Below are positions 19,276-30,230 of a stretch of DNA of 59,799 bases, one piece after another. The DNA comes from Deltaproteobacteria bacterium. Its GTDB lineage: Bacteria > Desulfobacterota > Syntrophia > Syntrophales > Smithellaceae. Within the stretch, counting starts at the first letter, position 1; each line of letters opens with the position of its first letter. The stretch lies in contig JANYAY010000032.1 of assembly GCA_025361065.1 (NCBI GenBank), positions 1 through 59,799 on the forward strand. The letters run 5' to 3'. A program made the position numbers and the translations under genes. The notes under the pieces are model-generated. The model was not told the origin of the DNA and made no database searches. It saw only the letters and a program-made list of their open reading frames with translations.

Positions 19276-21189
19276 ATGAAACATTTTGTTTTAGGCACAG
19301 CAGGACATGTCGACCACGGAAAAACTGCTTTAATCAAAGCACTTACCGGTGTAGACACTGACCGCTTAAAAGAAGAAAAAGAAAGAGGCATAACGATTGA
19401 ACTGGGATTTGCCTCGCTTACCCTTCCTTCCAATCTAACAGTGGGTGTTGTTGATGTTCCGGGACATGAAAAATTTATTAAAAACATGGTTTCCGGCGCG
19501 GCAGGCATTGATTTGGTTATGCTCGTTATAGCCGCCGATGAAGGTGTCATGCCGCAGACAAAAGAACACCTGCATATCTGCTCGCTTCTGGGTATAACCT
19601 GCGGTCTTGTAGCCTTGACAAAAATTGATCTTGTGGAAGCGGACTGGCTGGAGCTGGTCAAATCGGAGATAGCTGAATTTCTCCGAGGATCTTTTTTACA
19701 GGATGCACCCATTGTGCCGGTATCCGCCATTAAACAGGAAGGCTTGTCCGATCTCAAAGACGCAATCGATGCTACTGTAAGACAAATTGCTGAAAAAACA
19801 GATGACGGCATATTTCGTCTGCCAGTGGATCGCGTTTTTACGATGAAGGGGTTTGGCACTGTTGTCACCGGAACACTCGTCTCCGGCAGCATTAAAGTAG
19901 GAGAAGAAGTGCAAATTCTCCCGCAAAGACTGATTTCGCGCATTCGCGGCCTTCAAGTCCATAATATGGCGGTGGAAGAAGCCTGGTCAGGACAGCGTAC
20001 GGCGATAAATCTGCAAGGGACGGAAAGATCAAGTATCAACCGTGGTGATGTTCTGGTGCGCCCGCAAACTGTCTGGCCCACACAGAGATTGGATATTTTG
20101 GTCGAATATCTGGCAGTAAATTCCAAGAGCCTAAAAAACAGGGCACTGGTTCGCCTGCATACAGGGACAAGCGAAGTTATCGCCCGGATAATATTGCTTT
20201 CGCAAGACGAACTTCTTCCGGGAGAAAAAGCTTTTGCTCAGTTGGTCCTGGTCAACAAGACCGTAGTAGTTGCCGGTGAACATTTCGTTTTGCGCAGTTA
20301 CTCACCGGTAACCACGATCGGCGGCGGCCAGATCCTAGATCCGCAGCCGGTAAAGCACAAAAGAAAAAATGAAAAAGTTCTCAGCGAGTTTCATCAACTG
20401 CAAAACGGATCATTGCCGGAAAGAATTTCTGCCATTATGGAAAGAACCGGATTTGTCGGCATCAACCTCTGTGGCCTCGCTTTTCGTTTGGGCGTGAGTA
20501 ACAGGAAAATTAAAGAAGTATTGGAAAATTTATTTTCCCGGAAGAGAGCAATTTTATTGGATGGCGAAGATACGACCGTAATCTCCGAATATTTTTATTC
20601 TCAACTCGAAGAACTGATTACCCGAAATATCGCGGCATATCATATAAACAATCCTCTACAGGAGGGCATCTCGAAAGAGGAATTGAAAGCTGCTTTGGGC
20701 CGGCCTGTCTCCACGAAATTATTTAATATGGCGCTGCGCAGTTTAGGTAAAAAAGAAACAATTGTCAGCGATAAAGATAACGTGCGTCTGGCAGCGCACC
20801 ATATTCAGATGACAGGAGATATTGATGCAATTCGTCTTACCATTGCCGGGATTTACCAAAAAGCCGGTTTGACACCGCCGGCACTTACAGATGTTATTGC
20901 CGGCTTTAAAGATCAGAGAGCCCAGGCACAAAGCATCATTAAACTGATGGTTAAAAATGGTGAATTGATCAAGATCAATGAAGATCTTTGTTTTGCGCGT
21001 GAGTCTCTTGACCAATTACGTAAAGACTATAAGGCGCTGCTGATGAAAGATGGTAAAGCAACGCCCGGCAGCTTCAAAGAATTAACCGGCCTTTCCCGTA
21101 AATATATAATTCCGCTGATGGAATATTTTGATATGAGCAAGCTGACCGTTCGTGTAGAAGATCATCGTATTTTAAGGGAAAAAATTTGA
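19276..21189 (+). CDS. selB: Selenocysteine-specific elongation factor SelB
   Basis: [27 protein letters not shown]-terminal winged helices ending [14 protein letters not shown]. Confidence 0.97.
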   Translation: MKHFVLGTAGHVDHGKTALIKALTGVDTDRLKEEKERGITIELGFASLTLPSNLTVGVVDVPGHEKFIKNMVSGAAGIDLVMLVIAADEGVMPQTKEHLHICSLLGITCGLVALTKIDLVEADWLELVKSEIAEFLRGSFLQDAPIVPVSAIKQEGLSDLKDAIDATVRQIAEKTDDGIFRLPVDRVFTMKGFGTVVTGTLVSGSIKVGEEVQILPQRLISRIRGLQVHNMAVEEAWSGQRTAINLQGTERSSINRGDVLVRPQTVWPTQRLDILVEYLAVNSKSLKNRALVRLHTGTSEVIARIILLSQDELLPGEKAFAQLVLVNKTVVVAGEHFVLRSYSPVTTIGGGQILDPQPVKHKRKNEKVLSEFHQLQNGSLPERISAIMERTGFVGINLCGLAFRLGVSNRKIKEVLENLFSRKRAILLDGEDTTVISEYFYSQLEELITRNIAAYHINNPLQEGISKEELKAALGRPVSTKLFNMALRSLGKKETIVSDKDNVRLAAHHIQMTGDIDAIRLTIAGIYQKAGLTPPALTDVIAGFKDQRAQAQSIIKLMVKNGELIKINEDLCFARESLDQLRKDYKALLMKDGKATPGSFKELTGLSRKYIIPLMEYFDMSKLTVRVEDHRILREKI

Positions 21190-21365
21190 GAACTGATATT
21201 CAAGCGGGCAGAGAAATGAATATATTATCTTCTGAAAGGAATATAGGTACAATGACAATTATTTCTCAGCACTACCGGCAAAGGCACTTGAACATTTAAT
21301 ATAGCTGCTATAACTTTAACCGACTATTTTCGAGCGTATAAGACAAACATTTATTCTTACGAAAG

Positions 21366-22331
21366 GTGGATAAAAATTTGAAAACAAAAAGTATTTATCT
21401 TAAAGACATCAAGCAGGGAGAAAAAATATCTTCTTCTTTTTTGGTTGCCGAAAAAAACATGGCTTTTTCGCTAAAGGGTGCTCCCTATCTGACAGTAAAG
21501 CTGAAAGACAAAACCGGTGAACTAGACGGCAAGGTCTGGGATAGCGCTGTGGAATTTGATCAGCAGTTTAAAAAAGGAGATATCATTGCCATTGAAGGCA
21601 GAGCAAACACTTATAAAAACTCCATTCAAATCTCCATCATCGGTATAAAGAAATGTAATTGGGAAGAAGTTGAACCAACGGATTACCTGCCCGTCGCCAA
21701 AGGCAATGTCATGGCTATGTACGATGAGCTGCTCAGATACATTGACATAGTTCAGAACAAACCACTCCAAGATTTGCTTTATGCTTTTTTTAAAGACGAA
21801 AAGACAGCTGAACTTTTTAAAAGAGCACCGGCAGCCAAGGGTTTCCATCACATTTACTTGGGGGGCCTCCTGGAACATACACTTTCTGTTGTGCGCCTGC
21901 TGACTAAAATCGCCGAACATTATCAGTATCTGGATAGGGACATGCTTATTGCGGGCGGACTCTTGCACGACATTGGCAAAATTTACGAATTTTCCTATGA
22001 CCAACTGGTTGAGTACAGCGATGAAGGCAGATTAATCGGCCATATAGTTATGGGCGTGGAGATGATCGACAAAAAGATTGCCGCCATTCCTGATTTCCCG
22101 ATGCAGTTGTCATTGGAACTGCGCCATGTTATCTTGAGCCATCATGGAGAATTTGAATACGGCTCGCCCAAACGCCCTAAAACGATGGAGGCGCTGGCTG
22201 TCCATTATATGGATGACCTCGATGCTAAACTCAACGCATTTCAATCATTCACAGCTGATTCCAACAATGCCGATTCCGATTGGACAAATTATAATCGTTT
22301 TTTTGAGAGGTATCTATATAAGAAAAAATAG
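21366..22331 (+). CDS. yhaM: YhaM/Cbf1-family 3'-5' exoribonuclease (OB plus HD domains)
   Basis: OB-fold LKDKTG; PAAKGFHH..GGLLEH, LLHDIGK, SHHG..EYGSPKRP. Confidence 0.9.
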   Translation: MDKNLKTKSIYLKDIKQGEKISSSFLVAEKNMAFSLKGAPYLTVKLKDKTGELDGKVWDSAVEFDQQFKKGDIIAIEGRANTYKNSIQISIIGIKKCNWEEVEPTDYLPVAKGNVMAMYDELLRYIDIVQNKPLQDLLYAFFKDEKTAELFKRAPAAKGFHHIYLGGLLEHTLSVVRLLTKIAEHYQYLDRDMLIAGGLLHDIGKIYEFSYDQLVEYSDEGRLIGHIVMGVEMIDKKIAAIPDFPMQLSLELRHVILSHHGEFEYGSPKRPKTMEALAVHYMDDLDAKLNAFQSFTADSNNADSDWTNYNRFFERYLYKKK

Positions 22332-22358
22332 CTTTGAGGCTTTGCTTACCCTTGTTGA

Positions 22359-23270
22359 TCATCCCTTTCTGATTCGTGGTGCCAGCGATGGTCCTTCCAG
22401 CCACTGTTTTATTCGGTTGGCGTCGCCGACCCGGGTTAACTTGCCTTGAGAATCAAGCAGCACAATAAGCACGGGACGCCGGGCCACATGTGCTTGCATC
22501 ACGAGACATCGGCCTGCCTCGTCGGTAAAGCCCGTCTTGGAGAGACCTATCCGCCAGCGCGGGTTTTGAATCAAGTGATTGGTGTTATGAAATTCCATTA
22601 CGCGTCGACCCGAATGGACAATAGCTTTTTTGCAGGTGGTAAATTCCCTGATAAGACGATATTGGTAGGCGGCATCAACCAATCGCGCCAGGTCTCGAGC
22701 GGAGGAAACATTACCTTTGGATAATCCGGTGGTATCCTCGAAGTGCGTCTCCAGCAGTCCCATCGACTGGGCTTTGGTATTCATAGCAGTAATGCAGGCA
22801 GCGAAACCGCCGGGATAAGTTCGCCCTAGAGCATGAGCCGAGCGATTATCGGAAGCCATCAAAGCAAGCAGCAGAGCATCTCTGCGTGCCAGGTGAATAC
22901 CCACGGGCAGGCGGGAGCGGCTATGACGCAGGGTGTCCATGTCTCCGGATTCGATGGTAAGCGATTCCTGAAGATCAATTTTGGCATCAAGCACTACCAT
23001 AGCGGTCATAAGTTTTGTGATGGAAGCTATAGGCGATACTGCCGTCGCTTGTTTCTGAATCAGTAGTTCACCTGTCTGCTGGTCCTCTACCAAGGCAAAG
23101 GCAGAGCGCAGTATAAGCTTTCTTGGATCCCGACCAACTTCAGTGGATAAAGAATTCCTGTGAGAGGCCAGGATTATCGCCGACTTGGAAAATCCTGTAG
23201 CTAACGGGACCGGCAGCATCCCCATACATAGAACAACTGCCAGGGTAGTTATAAAATATTTTTTAGCCAT
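22359..23270 (-). CDS. pbpG: D-alanyl-D-alanine endopeptidase (peptidase S11, PBP7-like)
   Basis: Signal peptide; SITK, SDN and KTG motifs; TRVGDANRIKQWLE tail typical of PbpG. Confidence 0.88.
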   Translation of the reverse strand: MAKKYFITTLAVVLCMGMLPVPLATGFSKSAIILASHRNSLSTEVGRDPRKLILRSAFALVEDQQTGELLIQKQATAVSPIASITKLMTAMVVLDAKIDLQESLTIESGDMDTLRHSRSRLPVGIHLARRDALLLALMASDNRSAHALGRTYPGGFAACITAMNTKAQSMGLLETHFEDTTGLSKGNVSSARDLARLVDAAYQYRLIREFTTCKKAIVHSGRRVMEFHNTNHLIQNPRWRIGLSKTGFTDEAGRCLVMQAHVARRPVLIVLLDSQGKLTRVGDANRIKQWLEGPSLAPRIRKG

Positions 23271-23544
23271 GTTCTCTCCGTTACTTGAAGATACCGGAGC
23301 ACCTCATTTGAAGTAAACAGATAATCTTCTTCCAACGCATAGACTAAGGCATTATTTATCAGTTTGATGCCTGTTTTCATTCTGGTACTAGAATATTTTA
23401 GCTATAGTCCGAGTTAATCTTGCACACTTTTCAAAATCAGTCAACTTATCCGTTGCCAGAAATATTTCGTGTAATGGCATAATATGTCAATCTCCTTACC
23501 GGTAATTGCCGCTTGTGTAGTGGTAGCTTTCAAGCGAATGGTTA

Positions 23545-24345
23545 TTAATCAATCATAATTGTCTTAAAACCGGCAGGTACAGGCAGATCAAAAACTGCCA
23601 GATCTTTTGCTTTTTCAATTTTAAGACCGGAATATTTTATAGTGATGGAAGTTACGCCATCGGCCAGGCCTACAGTGATTTTACCGGCGATAGAACTTCC
23701 TTCTTCATAATCTGTAAATTCGGCTTTATATAGCTCTTTTCCATTTTCATCAAAGCGTTCCAGTTTGCTCAAATGGCCGGCAGGTCCTATCCATACCGTT
23801 TGTGATATTCCTGATTGAGCTTTCATATCTATCCGCAAATAATTTTCTTCCGGAGTGCGCAAATAAGCAACATCTCCGATTAGAGGAGGATAAGTACCGG
23901 CAAAGATGAAAACCATATCTTCAATATTAAATTGCCAGGGCAAAAAGCGCGATAAATTATGGCTGTTAGGCTCTCCCTGATAAAACTCGCCTTTTGCCGG
24001 CAATAAAATTTTCATTTCGTGTGGAGTTACGACCAGAAAAAAATCCGGCGGACCCATTGGCGGAAGAAGTTCTAAACGCAAATATAAAGGCTTTTTTATA
24101 ATGAGAGCGGCTCTTGCCGGATAATAACCTCCGGACGTAACCAAAGCAATTTGAGCGATCGCACTCATTATATCAGTTTCCGGAAGAGTACTGGAAATTT
24201 TAAAAAGAACTTTTTGGGTGGAAGGATCATGAGGAATAATAATTTGCTTAGCACAGGCAGCAGGTAAAGTTACTACAATAATCAAAAAAATTATTTTCTT
24301 AAAAAAATGAAAATGATTCAGCATAGAAAAAGTTTCTTTGATCAC
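23545..24345 (-). CDS. LolB-like / DUF4292-like lipoprotein
   Basis: Lipobox PAAC; LRLELLPPMG; typical partner downstream of the TPR gene. Confidence 0.6.
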   Translation of the reverse strand: MIKETFSMLNHFHFFKKIIFLIIVVTLPAACAKQIIIPHDPSTQKVLFKISSTLPETDIMSAIAQIALVTSGGYYPARAALIIKKPLYLRLELLPPMGPPDFFLVVTPHEMKILLPAKGEFYQGEPNSHNLSRFLPWQFNIEDMVFIFAGTYPPLIGDVAYLRTPEENYLRIDMKAQSGISQTVWIGPAGHLSKLERFDENGKELYKAEFTDYEEGSSIAGKITVGLADGVTSITIKYSGLKIEKAKDLAVFDLPVPAGFKTIMID

Positions 24346-24403
24346 TCGAGTAATTTTATGTGCACCAACAGCCGGTAATTATTTTCTCTGGAAGAAAATT
24401 GCT

Positions 24404-26092
24404 TCAGTTTTTCTTTATCAAATCTTTCAGTTTGTTTTGCAGCGATTTATTTTTCGGATCAATTTTCAGCGCTCTTTCATACATTTCGTTTGCTTCTTTC
24501 AGTCTGTCCAACTTCAGATAAACATCACCTAAATGTTCAATAATGGCGCCATCGGCAGGCATGATTTCCATTGCCTTTCTTAAATTAGAAAGAGCGCTGT
24601 CTAATTTGCCCTGTTTAAAATGTACCCACCCGAGGCTATCAATCATATAACCGTTGTCCGGCCTGATTTTCAGAGCTTTAACAATCATCTTTTCGGCTTC
24701 ATCCAGGTTAAGACCGCGATCTGCATAACTATAACCGATAAAATTCAAAGCTTCTGCATTATCCGGATCCATACTTAAAACAGTTTCCATTTCCTTGATG
24801 CTTTCAGGAAAACGATTCGTTTTTTCATAAATGACACCCAGACTATAATGTAAATCAATATTCGCCGGTGAATTTTCCATCCCTTCTTTTAAAATATTTT
24901 CAGCATTGAGCATATCTTTGCTATCTTCATAAAGGGAAGACAAATAAAGAAAAAGTGTCACCTGGCCCTTTTTCTTAAGGATGGATTCCTTGAGAACTTT
25001 GATTGCCTCCGGTAACTTATTTTCTTTCTTTAAAATCATAGCCACATGAATCATGGCATTGGGGTATATTTCGGATGTAAAAGATACTTTTTGATATTCA
25101 GCCTGGGCTGATTTGTTGTCGTTGTTTTCTTCATAGGCGCTGGCCAGTAAATAACGGGTCCTGTCATCGCCGGCATTTTTCTCCAGCACCCGCAAAAATT
25201 CCGGAACTGCCAAATCGAAACGCCTCATCTCGTAATATAAAAGTCCCAGGGCAATTCTTACTTCGCTGTTATCCGGCGTAGTTTTTAACAACTCCTGGTA
25301 TTCTTTTTGCGCTTCTTCATATTTCTTATCTTTGATCAGAAGATCTCCAATTTTCACTCTTAAATTTATCCGGGCAGGATTGATTTCAATATAATTGCGA
25401 TAAACTTCAATAGCTTTATCCATTTTCTTTTGTTTCTCATAAAGAGCCGCTAAATCGAATACTGCCGCTTCGAAATAAGGTCTGATGGAAATGACTCTCC
25501 GATACATCGAGGCTGCATCATCAAATCGTTTCATTTCCGACAACACTTTACCGAAATAATATATGCCCATTACATTGTCGGGATCTATTTTCAATAATTT
25601 GGCAAAGATTTCTTCGGCTTCATTATATTTCTTTTCTTCTGCATAAATTGTGGCCAGGTAAAGATGGGCGACCAAATTTTTCGGCTCCAGTTGGATTACC
25701 GTTTTGTATTCTTGGATAGCTTTTTGGTATTCACGAAGGTTCAGGTACAAACCACCCATAACCAGGTGCAATTCGCTATCGTCCGGATTGACGGCGAGTG
25801 TTTCTTCGCCCAAAGTCATCGCTTTGGGAAGTTCGCCCTTTTCCGCATAAAGAGAAACCAGTTCTGTTTTCAGATAGGAAGAACGTGGATCAGCGGCAAC
25901 TGCTTTTTCCAATTCAGCAGTTGCTTCATTTACCTGACCATCCAGCCGTAAAAGAACGCCTAATGAATAATGATAAGTAGCCTCGACCGAACTGTTGTCC
26001 GTATAAATTGCCGAAGAACTGAAGCTGCAACCACTGATCATCATGATTGTCAGTCCCAGCAGCATTATCAGATGTTTATGTCTTTTTTGCAT
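24404..26092 (-). CDS. TPR-repeat lipoprotein
   Basis: Lipobox ISGC; many TPRs; ALNFIGYSYAD...DSLGW...EHLGD C-terminus. Confidence 0.9.
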   Translation of the reverse strand: MQKRHKHLIMLLGLTIMMISGCSFSSSAIYTDNSSVEATYHYSLGVLLRLDGQVNEATAELEKAVAADPRSSYLKTELVSLYAEKGELPKAMTLGEETLAVNPDDSELHLVMGGLYLNLREYQKAIQEYKTVIQLEPKNLVAHLYLATIYAEEKKYNEAEEIFAKLLKIDPDNVMGIYYFGKVLSEMKRFDDAASMYRRVISIRPYFEAAVFDLAALYEKQKKMDKAIEVYRNYIEINPARINLRVKIGDLLIKDKKYEEAQKEYQELLKTTPDNSEVRIALGLLYYEMRRFDLAVPEFLRVLEKNAGDDRTRYLLASAYEENNDNKSAQAEYQKVSFTSEIYPNAMIHVAMILKKENKLPEAIKVLKESILKKKGQVTLFLYLSSLYEDSKDMLNAENILKEGMENSPANIDLHYSLGVIYEKTNRFPESIKEMETVLSMDPDNAEALNFIGYSYADRGLNLDEAEKMIVKALKIRPDNGYMIDSLGWVHFKQGKLDSALSNLRKAMEIMPADGAIIEHLGDVYLKLDRLKEANEMYERALKIDPKNKSLQNKLKDLIKKN

Positions 26093-26146
26093 ATGGAAAT
26101 CTCATTCTCTCCGGACCTTTGAATATCCTTTGAGCTCAAAATGTAA

Positions 26147-27112
26147 TTACGAAGAACCCTGCCGAGCGTTATCTTTTATCAATTTAGAGGCCGGAACAAT
26201 AACTACCCCTTTTTCCCGTAACATTTTAGTTCCATCCTTTATTGCCCGGATAGTCTCCGGGTGCGGATGACCAATGATGATGATAGGTGAAACATCTCCG
26301 CCTTCCGTATCCCGGGCGATTCCGGCTAATATTTTATAAATTTCTTTATAATCGCGGTTGTTATCAAGAAATATCTTCCGGGAAGCCAGCGGCAGACCTG
26401 ATTTTCCTGAAGCTGCCGAAGCTTTGGAATTTGGTGCTGTCCGCGAATCAATAAAAAACAAATTCTTTCCCTTTAACCTGTCAAAAATTAACTTCAGTTT
26501 CTCTTCATCACCCATGAACTTTGAACCCATATGGTTATTAACACCGGAAATGTAGGGTACTGAAGCCAGGTCTTTATCCAACTGGAATAAAAGTTCCTTT
26601 TCGTTCATATCGGTAAAGAGAGCACCCTTCCCCGGCTTCTCCTGTGGATAGGATGCCGGTTCCATGGGCAGATGTAAAAGTATCTCCCGGTGAGCAGCAT
26701 GCACTGTCTCTGCGGCAGCACTCGTATGGCTGCAAAAAGGCAGAATTGCAAATGTTATCTCGGCATTAATTTTTAAAAGCTCTCTTACCGGCCCCAGATC
26801 ATTGCCGATATCATCGATAATTATCGCCACCTGCCGCAGTGGCAATGGAGTTTTTCCGATTTTAGCTACAACTATCTTTTCTTTTTCCTTCTGGGGCGCT
26901 CTACCGGGAACAATTGGGGTATCCTTTACCGGTTTCTCCTTCTGCGCTTCCGGTAATCCAATCCTGGAGTGTTCGGCCTGTTTCGCTTCCTTCTTCGGCA
27001 GTTTTACTGCCACCTGTTCTTCTTCCCATTGCAAGACATAAATTATGGCGGCAATGGAAGCAATTATCAAAAATATCAGCAGTCCCCTGAAAAGACGTTT
27101 CAATAGCTTCAT
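26147..27112 (-). CDS. Divergent polysaccharide deacetylase (YibQ family)
   Basis: AIIIDDIG, LHLPMEP, NNHMGS, FIDSRT, IGHPHPET. Confidence 0.92.
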   Translation of the reverse strand: MKLLKRLFRGLLIFLIIASIAAIIYVLQWEEEQVAVKLPKKEAKQAEHSRIGLPEAQKEKPVKDTPIVPGRAPQKEKEKIVVAKIGKTPLPLRQVAIIIDDIGNDLGPVRELLKINAEITFAILPFCSHTSAAAETVHAAHREILLHLPMEPASYPQEKPGKGALFTDMNEKELLFQLDKDLASVPYISGVNNHMGSKFMGDEEKLKLIFDRLKGKNLFFIDSRTAPNSKASAASGKSGLPLASRKIFLDNNRDYKEIYKILAGIARDTEGGDVSPIIIIGHPHPETIRAIKDGTKMLREKGVVIVPASKLIKDNARQGSS

Positions 27113-27143
27113 AAATAATCGACAACTCTTTTGACTGAAAAAA

Positions 27144-28460
27144 TCAGTTGGTCAAATTCTTCCTCATGATATCCCAGCCCTTCAAGATATCAATTGCAGT
27201 TTTTAACTGATTATCCTTCGTTAAATCAGCAGAATCTTTTATGCCTTTGGCCTGCACTTCATCAAGCCTGGTACCATCTTCTTTGGCGGGTTTAATATGG
27301 CCTTTCAGATCTTTTTCCCGAATCCGGTCATCCCAGCCATTATCTGCATCTTCCGTACGTTTTATATATTTGACAACAATATCCGGTTTGATGCCTTCCG
27401 CCTGGATGGAACGTCCTTTTGGTGTATAATAACGTGCAGTGGTGAGTTTCAGAGCTGAACCGTTTTCCAGCGGAATTATTGTTTGTACCGATGCTTTGCC
27501 GAATGTTTGCGTACCGACAATCAGAGCCCGGCCATTGTCCTGTAATGCTCCGGCAACAATTTCTGCAGCACTGGCCGTGCCTTCGTTAACCAGTACAACA
27601 ATCGGACAGGTTATTTCATTGCCATTATCTTTGGCATTTATTTTTGATTCCATGTTCTTGGTCCGGCCGCGCGTAGAAACAATCACACCCGATTTAAGGA
27701 ACATATCGGATACTTCTATTGCCTGAATCAAAAGACCGCCGGGATCATTTCTTAAATCTAAAATCAGCCCTTTCATAGGATGCAGTTTGTCTGTGACTTC
27801 TTTCAATGCTTTGCGTAAATCATCCGCTGTCCTTTCATGGAAAGAAGCAATCCGAATGTATCCGATATTGTCTTCAAAGGTTTTAGCTTTGACACTCTTG
27901 ATTTGAATGATAGCGCGTGTCAACACGATATCCTTAGGTTTGTCAATGTTTTCGCGCATGATCGTAATTGTTATTTTAGTATCTTTGGGCCCGCGCATTT
28001 TTTGGACAGCTTCCATAATCGTAATATCCTTGGTGGACTTGCCGTCAATTCTTATAATCTGATCACCTGATTTCACACCGGCATTATAAGCGGGTGTATC
28101 TTCAATCGGCGATACAACTGTCAAAACATCCTTCAATAAAGTAATTTCAATACCGATTCCGCCAAACTGACCTTGCGTCTCCACCTCCAGTTCCTTGTAC
28201 ATATCAGCGGTCATAAAGGTACTGTGGGGATCGAGTGTTTTGATCATGCCATTGATGGCACCCTGGATCAAAGCTTGCGGTTCCACTTCATCAACGTAGT
28301 TCTTCTTCACCAGGTCCAAAACTTCATTAAATGTCTTAATATCCTTATATATTCCCTTATCCAGGGCAGAAACTCTGCTGTCCGTAAAGGGCACGAAAAG
28401 GACAAAGCCTCCCAGGAGAACGGCAATTAACAGAGACCACTTATTAAATATTTTTTTCAT
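27144..28460 (-). CDS. ctpA: Carboxyl-terminal processing protease (S41)
   Basis: LDPHS, PDZ GIGIEI, LDLRNDPGG, TASAAEIVAGALQD, FGKASVQ. Confidence 0.94.
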   Translation of the reverse strand: MKKIFNKWSLLIAVLLGGFVLFVPFTDSRVSALDKGIYKDIKTFNEVLDLVKKNYVDEVEPQALIQGAINGMIKTLDPHSTFMTADMYKELEVETQGQFGGIGIEITLLKDVLTVVSPIEDTPAYNAGVKSGDQIIRIDGKSTKDITIMEAVQKMRGPKDTKITITIMRENIDKPKDIVLTRAIIQIKSVKAKTFEDNIGYIRIASFHERTADDLRKALKEVTDKLHPMKGLILDLRNDPGGLLIQAIEVSDMFLKSGVIVSTRGRTKNMESKINAKDNGNEITCPIVVLVNEGTASAAEIVAGALQDNGRALIVGTQTFGKASVQTIIPLENGSALKLTTARYYTPKGRSIQAEGIKPDIVVKYIKRTEDADNGWDDRIREKDLKGHIKPAKEDGTRLDEVQAKGIKDSADLTKDNQLKTAIDILKGWDIMRKNLTN

Positions 28461-28592
28461 AAAAATCCTCTCGCTGCTTGATATATAATTTAAGCACTTA
28501 TATCATCTTTCCTGATATTTTCCATATATTTTGGAGATTATAAAAAGATAAAGGTGATTATCAACCAGATTGATTTGATAAATAGCTGACAG

Positions 28593-30077
28593 TTATTCTA
28601 TCGACCAAGTGGTGTTATCTTTGGAATCCTTGAGGACAATATGGAGCGCCGCAAGTTTGCTTCTTATTTCATCTGCCCTGGCCCAGTCGTGGTCAATTCT
28701 CGCTGTTTGTCTGGCCTTAATTAAACTTTCTATTTCGATTACATCCAGAGCCCTTTTGCTGGACTCCATCTCTTTGTCGACAAGAAAGAAATGATCGGGG
28801 TCATCTTGAAAAATACCCAGAACTGCCCCAAAATGTTCGAAGGCTTTCTTTGCTTCCTGCAAAACGGCAGATTTACCTGTCTCGATTATATTTTTTTCAG
28901 CAGTAGCAAAATTGTTAATCAGTCTGACTGCATCAAAAACATAACCCAGCCCTTGTGCGGTGTTGAAATCATCATCCAGCGCCGAATTAAATTTCTCGAT
29001 CAATTCACCTAACCTATTGATGAAGTCTTTCCTTCTGGCCAAGGATTTATCATTTATCGCTGTCGCCGCACTATTGGCGGAAGCTGCCATAATTTCTTTT
29101 AACTGCTGCAGCGTCGTATAGCACCTGATCAGTCCCGCTCTGGATTCATTAAGTGATCCTGCAGAATAATCAACCGGACTCCGGTAGTGGCTCTGCAGCA
29201 TAAAAAGGCGTAAAACTTCCGGGTGATAATTTTTCAGAATTTCCCTGATAGGGAAGATGTTGCCCAGCGATTTAGACATCTTTTCGGAATTTATTTTAAC
29301 AAAGCCGTTATGCATCCAGTAGTTGGCCAGAGGTCTGCCGGTTGCAGCCTGGGATTGGGCAATTTCATTTTCATGATGCGGAAAAATCAAATCCTCGCCG
29401 CCACCATGAATATCGAAAGTTTCTCCCAGATAACGCCGGCTCATTGCCGAACATTCTATATGCCAGCCCGGCCGGCCTTTGCCCCATGGGGACTCCCAAA
29501 AGGGTTCACCTTCTTTGCTGGCTTTCCACAGGGCAAAATCCATCGGGTTCTTTTTCTTGTCGTTTATGTCAACACGCGCACCGGCTTGCATTTCATCTAG
29601 ATTACGGCCGGAAAGTCCGCCATATTGATGAAAATTATTTACTGCAAAATACACATCGCCGTCGACAACATACGCAAAGTCTTTCTGCATCAGAACACCA
29701 ATGAGGCTAATCATATCATCCATATGATCTGTAGCCCGGGGAGTAATAGTGGGAGTTTCTACTCCCATTGCGGCCATATCTTCATTATGCAGCTCTATGA
29801 AACGCTCGGCTATTTCAGAAAAAATGACTCCTTCTTTTTGGGCGCGGGCGATAATCTTGTCATCGATATCAGTGAAATTCTTGACATATGTTACCGAATA
29901 GCCGCGTGACCGCAAGTGTCTCACTACTATGTCGAATACGACGGCGGCACGGGCATGGCCTATATGGCAAACATCGTAAGCCGTGATCCCGCAAACATAT
30001 ATGCCTACTTTCCCTTCTCTTACCGGCTGGAAAACTTCTTTCTTTCTTGTTGCTGTATTAAATATTCTTATAGACAT
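28593..30077 (-). CDS. cysS: Cysteine--tRNA ligase
   Basis: HIGH, GRPGWHIECS, FPHHENE, KMSKS. Confidence 0.98.
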   Translation of the reverse strand: MSIRIFNTATRKKEVFQPVREGKVGIYVCGITAYDVCHIGHARAAVVFDIVVRHLRSRGYSVTYVKNFTDIDDKIIARAQKEGVIFSEIAERFIELHNEDMAAMGVETPTITPRATDHMDDMISLIGVLMQKDFAYVVDGDVYFAVNNFHQYGGLSGRNLDEMQAGARVDINDKKKNPMDFALWKASKEGEPFWESPWGKGRPGWHIECSAMSRRYLGETFDIHGGGEDLIFPHHENEIAQSQAATGRPLANYWMHNGFVKINSEKMSKSLGNIFPIREILKNYHPEVLRLFMLQSHYRSPVDYSAGSLNESRAGLIRCYTTLQQLKEIMAASANSAATAINDKSLARRKDFINRLGELIEKFNSALDDDFNTAQGLGYVFDAVRLINNFATAEKNIIETGKSAVLQEAKKAFEHFGAVLGIFQDDPDHFFLVDKEMESSKRALDVIEIESLIKARQTARIDHDWARADEIRSKLAALHIVLKDSKDNTTWSIE

Positions 30078-30099
30078 AGTTACCCGATCATAAATTTAT

Positions 30100-30230
30100 T
30101 AAGCCGTTCATCAATAATAACTGTAACATTAAAATATCGTCACCGGCATAAGGGGCCGTAAAGAAATGGTCTTGCCATAACCTGAAGGTCACAAGACCTG
30201 CATGGGTGGTTATTTCATAACGACCCCTAA
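30100..30230 (-). repeat. Family B two-hairpin intergenic element, copy 2 (argC-cysS)
   Basis: TAAGCCGTTCATCAA...ACCGGCATAAGGG...GGTGGTTATTTC...CCCTAA shared with 7228-7337. Confidence 0.85.

Noticed and set aside
19170..19943. Long antisense ORFs (also 2838..3500, 33070..33858, 38164..38775, 42591..43115, 57195..57509)
   Set aside because: Shadow frames of well-supported genes on the opposite strand
19276..22331. tRNA-Sec or a UGA-readthrough selenoprotein near selB
   Set aside because: No cloverleaf was seen, and no gene was noticed that is broken by an in-frame TGA at a conserved Cys position
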